From positions 1 to 41,743 of the forward strand of contig NIVC01000259.1 in the NCBI GenBank assembly GCA_002269645.1: DNA of 41,743 nucleotides. The letters run 5' to 3'. Both the position numbers and the translations under genes were made by a program. Below are positions 1 to 12,020 of the stretch, one piece after another. Source of the stretch: Macrostomum lignano. Lineage: Eukaryota. The first letter of the stretch is position 1. Each line of letters begins with the position of its first letter. The notes beneath the pieces are model-generated. The model made no database searches. It was given only the letters and a program-made list of their open reading frames with translations, and had not been told where the DNA came from.

Positions 1-178
1 AGTGAAGTTCTGGTGTCTCGAGTTTAAGTCAGCTTACTTCAGTACAATATTTGCTGGTGGTGCTAGATTTTTCAGCTTATAAATATAAGCCATTCCTACT
101 ATGTTAGCTTAGCTTAACAAAAGTACCTCAATTGAAGATCAACCGCTTATTTTCTGTCTCTACCGCAATCCCCTTCAG

Positions 179-978
<800 letters not shown>

Positions 979-1880
979 CGACTGACAATTTTTTAAGTCT
1001 GAGCATTTTCATTATATATTTTTAATTTGGACTATAGTCTCTTTATTTATATTCTGCGCTGTGATCTGTTGAAACAATAAATTTTGTGTTTATCGGGAAT
1101 TCCACAATATATTTGTTGTATTATATATATCATCGGCTTTGTGTATTCAATATTGTATTGAAATATACATGTACACGCAGCAAAATTATAGTTTTATTGA
1201 TTTTATACGTAAAACAGACTGTGCTGGCTTTGCTCAAAATTACAAAAATGTTGCCGTTTTTATTTTGTGGTTTATTTCACTTTAGAGCTTGATTTCTTGC
1301 TACAAAGTTCAAGAAAGTTCAGCACATTCAATAGCTATTGAAATAAATTCGTCCAGATGTGTTGATAGATAAGTTCGTGTAGAATTGTTTTCTAACTTAC
1401 ATAAACCGTATGTACGTGTACTTTACTGCTGTTAGTGCAATTCAGTGGCAGGTCAGATCAGAAAAATCGATTTAGCAGCTGATTAAACTTATTACAGTAC
1501 ATTTTTACATTTATAACAAACAAGGTGCTAGCTTTACCTTAAATTTTTTACCATCCTATCCGCAAAGTGTTTTAATTAACATAAAATTAATCTCCGCATA
1601 GCTGATTATGCAAGATTTAACAATTTAAATTGGGATATATTTAGATTCGAAATGTATACATCAAAGATTCAAATAAGTTTATTTACACGAAATTTAAGCA
1701 CGATAACTCAAATTCTAAATGAGAACTGCCGATTTTTTTAAACTGAAAGCGTGATATTCGAACTAAATTGTTTTTTAGAGATAGCTTCAGAACCGAGGAA
1801 CAACACTGGTGAAAATTACCTTTAATATACGTTTTAACCTTTTTCAAAAGTTGCGTAAAGCCTCCTAGTCCTACCTTATC

Positions 1881-4800
1881 ATGACTGACTTTGGTAAGTC
1901 ACAGTTATTTTTGTGATAAAGAAGAGCATGACTATTTTGTTACTTTTCCTTTTTATCATTGATGTTATTGTCTTCGTGTCTATTGAATTATAATTTTAAC
2001 ATCAAAATTGTCTTAGTTGATCAGTCCATATTGGAATGCCATGGGGGAAGTTAGTACTACTAAGTAGTATTTTTTATTTCTGATTAAGTAATTACAAAGC
2101 TAAGTACACTGTGTACAGATTGGTCAATTGTTTCTCTGGATCTGAAGCTTTTTGATCATTCAAATATGAACTAGGAAAACAAGACTAATAATGTTGAACT
2201 AATTTTGTTTATTTTTTGTTTAGGCTACCTTACTATAAGTTATATTTATAAGTTTTTAGGATATCATTATATTATACCATATTTTATTTTTTTAGGTATA
2301 CTATAGCTACTGGGTATAGTAACTAAACAATATAGATTAATATACCTAATTTAGTTAAAGCAAAAAGCTTTTAACTTTTTAGATATAATCAAAAAGATAT
2401 ATCAATACATAATCAAATGATATATAGTTTGTTTCAAATGAGCCTTTTTATATTGTGTTCATATTTAAAATTTTCTTGTTTTGAATGTTTTTAAAAAAAA
2501 CATTTTTATATTATTATGCTAGAACTATTACTATTCAATTCTGAGTGCTAAATATAATGTCTACTAACATTTTTATATATGACTATATGCTTGACCTTAG
2601 CCTTACTTAGGATGATAATAAGACTAGCTATTATCAACTATATTGATATGTATTTCTATATTTTATATAGATTAACAAATTTAAAGCAATGGTTCAAGTA
2701 TATAATTTTTTTGCTAATATAGCCTATATAGTCTATAGGCTATAAACATATTAGTATAAATATGTACATAGCTTTCTAATATAATAATAAGGCCAATATC
2801 AATGAATGATTAGCAACAATAATATAATTCATTAAGATTCAGTACCCTATTTCCTATATCATATAGTTATTAGGATTTTACCATAGATAAGCTATATATA
2901 GCATGCATTTGCAACACTTAGCCAATCTAGATGATCTAGCTAAGTGGCAAGGTAGCCAAGGCAAGGATATTGCAAAACTGATTAACCAAGCACCAAAATT
3001 ATAAGGAAAAAATAGAACAGAATATCAAAAATGAAATTAAAAAAACTAGATAAAACATTGAAAGAATAAAAAAAAATAATAAAAACTTACATAAGCAATA
3101 AAAAAGCAAAAAATACAAAAGAGAATTGGAGTTATAGTTAGTTAAAGACAAATATTTAAATTGCATAAAAGGCAAAGCTATATCACAAAGTGGCTCTCCA
3201 GATACAACTATGTCACATTTTGTGAAAATCTATATCTCAACTAGGCATGTAAAATTTAGAAGGTTGCGCATGTATAATATATAACCTTTAATTAGTATAG
3301 TATCTTTACCTCAAACTTAATGCTGTCTGGCATTCTGAAACTTGTAAAAAATCTCAGGTTGTGTCAAAAGATGCTTTAAAACTAAATAAGTTTAATGTTA
3401 TCTATACCTTCCCAGTGGCAGACAGTCAGGGTTTAGTTAGAGTTTATTATGTATAAGCATAAACTTCGTTTTATCAAAAACCTATGCCCTATGGCATCCC
3501 CTTCAATTCCCATTATTGATATGCATACCCATGTCTTTGTAAGCTACCTAGAAGGCCCCTAATAGAGCAAATATTGAGCTTCTGTAGAGCAGTTGAAAAA
3601 TAATTGCAACAATTGGCAAAACGTACATAACTGCCATCTTTGGCCTGTTTTCGCTTCGTTTGGGGCTTCTATGACTTGTAAAATTAAGTCCTCCCTACCA
3701 CTGGTTTCACTTGGCGCACGCAGACCAGGACAGGACGCCAAGACGGGAAGACAAAAAAGAGAAGAAAAAGCGCGAAAAAGAGAAACGAGACCACGGCTAC
3801 CACCAATTCGAGGACGACTCAGCCAGCATCGACGCTGTGGTGCTGCAGCCGCACTCGTCATATGGCGATTCGGCAGCTTCCGGCTCCGCAGCTGCCGCCG
3901 CACCGGCGGGCTCCTCAGCGGCTTCGTCTGGCCAGCAGGCCAATCCTGCCGGCACTCTGTCGCCCAAAGCCAAGAAGACCAAGAGCTTCAAGCTGCCAAC
4001 AAAGAAGAGCATATTGAAGAAAGGTTCGACGGATAAAGATGATAAAAAGCAGAAGAAGCTTCGGCGCAAGAATCTCAAAGACGAGGTGGAACAGCTGACC
4101 CCCAATCGGCCGGTCTTTGGGGTGCCTCTCGCGCTGGCCGTTCAGCGTTCGAAGAGTCACGACGGAGTGGCGCTGCCGGCCTGCTTTAGGTGGGCACCTG
4201 AGATCCTTCATCAGAAATGCTCAGATTGGGCAGCTGAGACCCTTCATCATAGATGCCACTGGAGCCGCTTCTAACATCCCAGACCCTCAGGCTGAAGACC
4301 CTGGAACCCTTCCAGCATCCCAGATCCCCAAACTAAGCCGAGGCTCTGACTTTCCCAACCGTAATTTCCTGCCCAAAACTCGCTCCCACAGGGAATGCAT
4401 CGACTTCGTTGAAGCCAACGCCCTCTCCTGCGAAGGCATCTACCGAGTGTCCGGCGTCAAATCCAAGGTGCAGGCCATCATCCGGGCCTACAATCTGCAC
4501 CTCTCTGTTGAACTATCCGACTACGATCCATTCGTAGTAGCCAGCGTCGTCAAGAACTTCATCCGGGAGCTGCCGGAATGCGTGCTCACCGAAAAATTGC
4601 TGCCGGAGTTTGAAGGGTCCTGGAGCATCCGGGATCCGAAGCAGAAGGTTGAAACATTCCAACGGTTGCTATCCTCTCTGCCGGCGCCCAACTATATGCT
4701 GCTGGCCTACACCCTGCTGCACATGTCGCACGTGGTGGCGCATCAGGCCCAGAATAAGATGAGCTTGCAGAACGTGAGCATAGTGCTCAGTCCCACTATG

Positions 4801-7800
4801 CAAATATCGCACAAGGTGTTGCACGTGTTCTTCTCTCACCTAGATGAATTGTTCTCCGGTGTTGTTATTAAACGCTACGTGGCACCGCTGAGACCGCAGG
4901 CGCGTATGGAGATTCCGGAGACGCTTGAGGATGTGGAGGCTGAGCTGGCTAAACAGGTGATTATAATTTGGCTGCTAAATGGAAGTGAGTAGTCGGCCAG
5001 TGGCTTATCTGAATTACTGGAATAAAATCGTACCAAATCTGAATGACTGACAGACTGGAAGTAGGTAGTGGTCTATCTGAATGACCGGAAGTGGGTAGTA
5101 GCCCACCTAACTCACCGGAAGTGGGTGGTAGTGGCCTATCTGAATGACCGGAAGTGGGTAGTGGCCTATCTGAATGACCGGAAGTGGGTAGTGGCCTATC
5201 TGAATAACCGGAAGTAGGTAGTGGCCTATCTGAATGACCGGAAGTAGGTAGTGGCCTATCTGAATGGCCGCAAGAGGGTAGTGGCCTATCTGACTGACCG
5301 GAAATGGGTAGTGGCCTATCTGACTCACCGGAAGTAGGTAGTGGCCTATCTGACTGACCGGAAGTGGGCTGTATTTGCTCCCCTGAAGGCCGTAAAGTAG
5401 GATTCAGATCCTTAGACATTATAGAGCTATCTAATTGAATAAGCCGCTAAACGTGCCAGGAGTCCCTGCTAGAATGGCTGCACCAAGAGCTGAGCGCCCT
5501 GAAGTCGGACGGCCTGGACTCGCAGGACAAATCCAACTTGATCTGGGAGGTACAACGGGTTGTCACGGCGCTTAAACGGAAGAAGAGTCTGATTGAAATG
5601 GACGACATCGAGGGTGAGTAGTTTCACATAGCGCTGTATCTAGGGGAAGTGCCTTCCATAGCACTGATAAAATCCCCTCCCTGAAGCTTATCTATTGTTA
5701 AAATGGCCCCTTTCCGAAGCTTATCTATTGTTAAAATGGCCCCTTTCTGAAGCTTATCTATTGTTAAAATGGCCCCTTTCTGAAGCTTATCTTTTGTTAA
5801 AATGGCCCCTTTCTGAAGCTTATCTTTTGTTAAAATGGCCCCTTTCTGAAGCTTATCTTTTGTTAAAATGGCCCCTTTCTGAAGCTTATCTATTGTTAAA
5901 ATGGCCCCTTTCTAAAGCTTATCTATTGTTAAAATGGCCCCTTTCTGAAGCTTATCTATTGTTAAAATGGCCCCAATCTATTTTTTAAATTGTCTCTCCT
6001 TCGCGAAACTTGTTAAAATCAAGCCGTATGAAGGTAAAGCCGTGAGGCTGCAACACAGAACTGAGCACTCCAGGTAGTTTAAACCAATCGCCCGCAGCCA
6101 TCGAAAGCGAGCTGCTCAAGCAGGAGACATCGCTAAACCGGCTACACGCCACCCTGACCGGCTGTCCAACCGACGATCAGGAGACGCAGGACCAGCTGTG
6201 GGAGGTGCAGCGCACCATCACTATGCTCAAACGGAAGCTGAGAAAAACTGCCGGCGCGCCCAGGCCCAGCCTGCCAGGCGGCCCGGCCTCGGGAGCGACA
6301 GCCAGCGTCGCAGGCGCCGGCAGCATCCGCGGCAGCGCGTCGGCCGATCACGTGAACAGCGCCGCCGGCGGCATCGCCAAATCGCCGTCGTTCCCAACTC
6401 CTGGCAGCGGCATCCGACCGGACATGACCGCTCTGGAGGAGAATCTCGAACTCAATCTGGCTCTGCGGCGGGTTAATGTACAGGTGATGCCAACTTTGGA
6501 AACATATAACAGAGCAGAGTAAAGCTTGGCAGCTGTCCAAAAATTGTCCAAGCACACAGAAACCCATGCTGGGAATCTGGATATTGCTAAACGTTAACAG
6601 CGTCACCTTGATGAAGGTCCAGAACAGGGGTCGGCAAACTTTTTACCTCCGAGCCCAGTTAGAAAACCCAGCGCATGACTACTGCGGGTCAGAGGGGGAG
6701 AGAGGAGAGGGAATAGAAAGTGAGATGAGAGATAGGAGAAAGAAGAGGCGAGGCGAGGCGAAGAGAGGAGAAGATAGGAGAGGATGGAGGAGAGGAGAGG
6801 AGAGGCGAGAGAGGAGAGAAAGGAAGAAAAGAGAGGAGATAAGAGAGAAGAGGAGAGCATAGCAGAGAAGGAGAGGAGAGGGAAGGGAAGGAATGGAGAG
6901 AGGAGATAAAAAAGAGAAGAGAGAGTAGATTAGAGAGAAGAGTGCCAGATTGCTATTTTGAAGTTTCAAAGGACCCGAGGGCCGGATAGAGAAGCTTCGC
7001 GCTTGTGGGCCGGCGTTTGCCGACCCCTGGTCTAGAAGCTTCCCCTAGGTGATGGGCAGTGTTGCACACGCAGTGATAAAATATGACGACTTAAGCAAGG
7101 TCGCATTGTTGAATTTCTCAATCATTCGCGCTTGAAGGTGCACCAGCCAAGTGGCACCGCGGAGACGCCGCAGCTCCCTCAAGCGCCGGAGCAAGTTCAG
7201 CAAACCCAGCCGTCATCAGTACAGCAGCCGCTGCCTCAGCCGCAATCTCAGCAGCCGCAGACTCTGCCTCAGCCTCAACCTCAGCAGCAGCCTCCGCCGC
7301 AGCCTTCGCCGCCGGAGCCGCCACAGGAGCCGCCGCAACCGTACGAAGCTCCGCCGCCAGAGCCGGGGCCGCTCAACCGGCTGGACAGCCTGCGCGAGAG
7401 CAGCCGCTGCGGCGACTCGTCCATCGCCGACACGGACACAGACGTGGAGCTGTACGCGCTGACCAGGAACCCGCCGCCTTTGGAGCTTCAGGAAGACGAG
7501 CCGGACGAATCCGGGACGGAGGAGGGCGACGGCGAGTACGAAGAAGACGAAGCCGAGGAAGAGGAGGAGGAAGCTGACGATGACGATGGTCAAGCGCGTC
7601 AGGTGAATCCCTGGCTTCTTGGAAACCCACATGCTGCTCGCGCACACTGTCACTTACGTGATATGGATGCCAGGGTGTCTATAGGAATGCCAGGGTGTCT
7701 CTATAGGAATTCCAGGGTGTCTCAGTCTAGGGATGCCAGGTTGTCTATAGGAATGCCAGGGTGTCTCTAGGGATGCCAGGGTGTCTATAGGAATGCCAGG

Positions 7801-8928
7801 GTGTCTCTAGGGATGCCAGGGTGTCTATAGGAATGCCAGGGTGTCTATAGGAATGCCAGGGTGTCTATAGGAATGCCAGGGTGTCTATAGGAATGCCAGG
7901 GTGTCTCAGTCTAGGGATGCCAGGGTGTCTATAGGAATGCCAGGGTGTCTCTAGGGATGCCAGGGTGTCTATAGGAATGCCAGGGTGTCTATAGGAATGC
8001 CAGGGTGTCTATAGGAATGCCAGGGTGTCTCTAGGGATGCCAGGGTGTCTATAGGAATGCCAGCGTGTCTATAGGGATGCCAGGGTGTCTATAAGAATGC
8101 CAGGGTGTCTATAGGAATGCCAGGGTGTCTATAGAAATGCCAGAGTGTCTCTATAGGAATTCCAAGGTGTCTCTATAGGAATGCCAAGGTGTCTCTAGGA
8201 ATTCCAGGGTGTCTATATAGGGATGTCAGGGTGTCTCTAAAGTAATGGCAGGGTGTCTATAGGGATGAATTTCAAGGGTCTGTGTGTACCGGGGTCTCCA
8301 AGTAAGTTTAATAAGCACACTAAACGAGTAACAGGGTTTTTTTACTTCCGAGGGTCTCTACATGTAGATGAGTTTCGAGAAGCCTAGATGAGTTTAAAGT
8401 CACTAGAAAAGCTTCATAAATGATTTTTTTAATAAACTACTGCAGGACCTGGACCAGCTGGCCTACAGGCTGGAGGAAGAGGAGAACCAGCTGCTGTGCG
8501 CCTCTGAGGTAGAAGAGGAGACGGCGGACCTCCTAGCCGTGGTGGAGGACCTCCGCCGCCTCCGCCTAGAGGAGGAGGAGCTGGCGCAGCTGTCCGACGA
8601 ACTCGGCATGCGGGTGGCCCGCGAGCGCCAGGAGATGGACCGGCTGCGCGCCGAGATCGATCGATGGGCCAACCGGGACCAGCGGCCGGCCGGCGGCCCG
8701 GACAACTGTCCGGACACTTCGTCAAGCGCGTCCAGCGATTCAGAAGACGAATCCGACTCAGCGCTGCTGGAGCAGTGGCATTTCTTCCGCGAGGACAATC
8801 ACCGGCTGGTGAAGGAGAACGCGGACCTGGCTGAGCGGCTGCAGAAAGAGCGAATGCTGTGCGCCGAGTACCGGGTGCAGCTGCGAGTGCAGGCCGCCTA
8901 CGGACCGCTAATCTCCATCGGGCTTTGA
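1881..8928 (+). CDS. RALBP1: RalA-binding protein 1 / RLIP76 (RhoGAP, Ral-binding coiled coil, C-terminal coiled coil), about 843 aa
   Basis: join(1881..1893,3724..4189,4392..4956,5460..5613,6098..6483,7138..7602,8446..8928) = 2532 nt. All introns are GT-AG with consistent phases 1,2,0,1,0,0. RhoGAP region: PVFGVPL...LPACFRECIDFVE...CEGIYRVSGVKSKV (Arg finger present)...NVSIVLSPTMQIS. Ral-binding motif WEVQR..T.LKRK. C-terminal RQEMDRLRAEI and EYRVQLR. The 13-nt first coding exon (ATGACTGACTTTG|gtaagt) is the least certain part. Confidence 0.93.
5001..5368. repeat. 30-bp minisatellite in a RALBP1 intron, about 11 units
   Basis: Unit GTAGTGGCCTATCTGAATGACCGGAAGTGG with minor variants and degenerate edges. 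Confidence 0.95.
5683..5985. repeat. 33-bp minisatellite in a RALBP1 intron, about 9 units
   Basis: Unit GAAGCTTATCTATTGTTAAAATGGCCCCTTTCT. Confidence 0.95.
6625..7029. mobile_element. Non-autonomous hAT-type MITE with an internal GA-rich tract
   Basis: Perfect 15-bp TIRs: CAGGGGTCGGCAAAC (6625-6639) and GTTTGCCGACCCCTG (7015-7029). 8-bp target-site duplication GTCCAGAA / GTCTAGAA (7/8 match, nnnTAnnn type as in Charlie/Buster). Confidence 0.88.
7663..8270. repeat. About 20-bp minisatellite in the last RALBP1 intron
   Basis: Unit GGAATGCCAGGGTGTCTATA, with variant GGGATGCCAGGGTGTCTCTA; roughly 30 units. Confidence 0.95.
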
Positions 8929-10153
8929 GTTCAAATGCTTTGATCTTGCTGTTCTCTCTGTGCAATTATTTTCATTGTTAAATGTAAATGCTGTTTATTA
9001 CCAATGACTACTGGGCGATCTAGTTGTTAATCTCTCTTGAATTAAGTCGGTTTTCAGTTTCAGCAATTGTTGCACCAAATCCATATCAAGCAGATGGCCG
9101 CTGCACTGGCTCGGAGAAGGCCGGTGGTTTTTGCATTAGCGAGGTATACCCAATACCTTTATCTTTTTGACTTTGTGTTTGTGTTTTGTCAGAGATGCGC
9201 TATGTTAATTTCATATCCTAAGTAAAGTACATGTCCTATGCCTAAAATAATTGAAAAATGGCACAAATCGACTGATTGGTTTTTTATGAATCTGTTTTAA
9301 CATTTTGTTATAGGTATAAATTAAGCTAAAAGTTAAAAATTGGGTCTGCCTGCTTTCAAAAGTAAGGAATTTTTGGTACAACCTGCCTTCTAAAATTTTC
9401 CTAAAACACAGCTTCCCATCCTTGAGCGAAATCCCAATCAGCGAATCACAACTGTATTTTGAGCGTTTTCTCCGTTTTCAATTAGAAAATTGCAAATTTT
9501 GCACGGTTTGCGAGTGCAAGCGGCCTTCTGTTTTGGTTGTCCAAATTAATATTCCTTTCATACTACTATTAACTACTGCCAGAGTATAAAATAACCGCGA
9601 ACAGATAGGGACTGTATCGATTGGAATATACAGTGTACAAAAATTGTTCATTACTCAATAAAGAGAATAGGCTCTCTGATGACGATTATAATTAATATTA
9701 TTACTAATACCTTATATTCATTGTTCTTAAATAGTGAAGGTACGCGTATTGTCGCTGACTCAATATTTTCAATGAATTATTTCATATACCAAAGCAAGGA
9801 TTTTGCTGTAGAGTTGTACTTTGCTTACTTTACTAGTTAAATAAGGCGCTTTAATAGCGTTCTAATAGTTAACGGGTATTTATTGTAACTAATAAAACAT
9901 ACAATTGAAAAATGATCACATTAATGCACAAGTAGCTGTCAGAGAATCCAATATTTATATCAGAAATGCTCACAGGGAAACTTACCCAAAGGGAGCTTAA
10001 ATAAGCATTACCGTATTTATTTAATACGTCGCAAATTTTGCTTGCTGCTTTGCCAAGTGTCAACTAAAGGCAATCACCGTACCGCGTTATACAGCGTTAA
10101 CCGCGTTTACAAATTAACTAATATGTTAGCTACTTGTAGTAGTGCAAAAACCA

Positions 10154-11205
10154 CTATATCAGCGAGACGCCGCCACCAGCGCTTCGACCGCCGCGTACGC
10201 CGCCGCCGCTGCTTTGCGTCGGCAGGCGCTCCAGCTGGGCCCGAGTGCTATGCAGTTGCATTTCCAGCTGGGCCAGCTGAGATGACACGGCAGCAGCGGC
10301 GGCAGACGGCCGGCCGCGCACGGAGCTCAGCTGGCTAAGCAGCTCCATGATTGGATCGCCGGCCAACGGCCAGGCCAGCCGTTCGATGAACCCGCTGGCT
10401 CCTCCGCCTCCGCCTTCGCCACCGCCTCCGCCCCCGCCAGCTGCGGCAGCCAAAACAGCGGATGCCGAGCCCAGACCGCGCCCTCGACCAGCGCCAGACC
10501 TGACTGGCACGCAGGACACCCGGCTTAGGCTGGGCAAGCCGCGTCTAGACGCGTCTCGGTTGCTGCGCAGGCCGGCGGTAGACAAAAGCGACGAGTCGTC
10601 CGGGCCGAGGGCGCCCTAAAAATGCGATGAGCGCCAACACACAGATGGTCCATTGAGAATGGATGGGTATAGAATAAGGTCAACTGAGGACAAAAGAGAG
10701 AACAATGGCTCACGCGCACGTGATCAAGCTGCAGGTGATGTGCCAGATTCCTGGTCTGATGATTCGGTGCCCCGCTCGGACACGCGGCGCACACTGGACA
10801 GATGACCTGCTGATGTTGCTGGTGTCCAGACGACGCATCGGCGTGCTCCCCGGCCACGTGTTCGGCCAGGTCTGACTGCGAGTAGCCAAGGTTGCCGCAG
10901 TAAGGACAGGTGAAAGCGACTGCCCCAGTATCGGCAGCTGAGCCGGACTCGCCGCCAAAGTACAGCAGCATATCGGCGCGAGTCAGAATGCACTGCATCG
11001 GGTGCTCGGCCCTGTGCTGAATCGCTCCTCCAGCGGCCATGATGTCCGCCTCCATCGGGGCGAATTGTTCCTCGGCGCAGAAATTTCTCGAATCATAGCA
11101 GGGGCCGCACAGATCGAAATCGAAACAGCGGAGGCATTTGTAGCGCCGGCCGCGGAAGGCTTGCTGGTCGCAGCCGTCGCAGCTGACGCCGTCGTGTCGG
11201 GACAT
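10154..11205 (-). CDS. KCMF1: E3 ubiquitin ligase KCMF1 (ZZ zinc finger plus Di19-type zinc-binding region), about 317 aa
   Basis: complement(join(10154..10615,10714..11205)), phase 0 intron (cgc|gtgagc...tttag|ggc). MSRHDGVSCDGC...FRGRRYKCLRCFDFDLCGPCY...HPMQCILTR...FTCPYCG...VICPVCAA and DPIMELLSQLSSVR match the remembered KCMF1 sequence. Confidence 0.93.
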
Positions 11206-11291
11206 CCGCCGGCCAGCCAGAGGGCAATCGACATTTGTAGACGATGGGTCGATTTGGCTATTGACAGGCTTTCGGTCAGGGTATGTACGGA

Positions 11292-12020
11292 TTGCTACCC
11301 TATCTACCCTTAGATGACCATTGCTACCCCTGATCTACCTTAGTAGACAAGTGCTACCCCTATCTACCATTAGTGCACCAGTGCTACCCCTATCTACCAT
11401 TAGTGCACCAGAGCTAGCCCCTATCTACCATTAGTGCACCAGAGCTAGCCCCTATCTACCCATAGTGCACCAGAGCTAGCCCCTATCTACCCATAGTGCA
11501 CCAGAGCTAGCCCCTATCTACCCATAGTGCACCAGAGCTAGCCCCTATCTACCCATAGTGCACCAGAGCTAGCCCCTATCTACCCATAGTGCACCAGAGC
11601 TAGCCCCTATCTACCCATAGTGCACCAGAGCTAGCCCCTATCTACCCATAGTGCACCAGAGCTAGCCCCTATCTACCCATAGTGCACCAGAGCTAGCCCC
11701 TATCTACCCATAGTGCACCAGAGCTAGCCCCTATCTACCCATAGTGCACCAGAGCTAGCCCCTATCTACCCATAGTGCACCAGAGCTAGCCCCTATCTAC
11801 CCATAGTGCACCAGAGCTAGCCCCTATCTACCCATAGTGCACCAGAGCTAGCCCCTATCTACCCATAGTGCACCAGAGCTAGCCCCTATCTACCCATAGT
11901 GCACCAGAGCTAGCCCCTATCTACCCATAGTGCACCAGAGCTAGCCCCTATCTACCCATAGTGCACCAGAGCTAGCCCCTATCTACCCATAGTGCACCAG
12001 AGCTAGCCCCTATCTACCCT
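11292..12020. repeat. 31-bp minisatellite upstream of the KCMF1 ATG, about 23 units
   Basis: Unit GTGCACCAGAGCTAGCCCCTATCTACCCATA, almost invariant in the core. Confidence 0.97.

Noticed and set aside
4117-4391. N-terminal ~90 aa of the 291-aa ORF 4117..4992
   Set aside because: It reads through the 4190-4391 intron in the wrong frame. RALBP1 homology resumes only at 4392.
4961-5988. Repetitive ORFs 4961..5419(-), 5107..5328(-) and 5695..5988(+)
   Set aside because: They are by-products of 30- and 33-bp repeats (multiples of 3, stop-free in one frame) inside clearly defined RALBP1 introns.
11292-12020. CRISPR-like appearance of the ~30-45 bp repeat arrays
   Set aside because: The units are head-to-tail with no unique spacers, there are no cas genes, and the context is eukaryotic.
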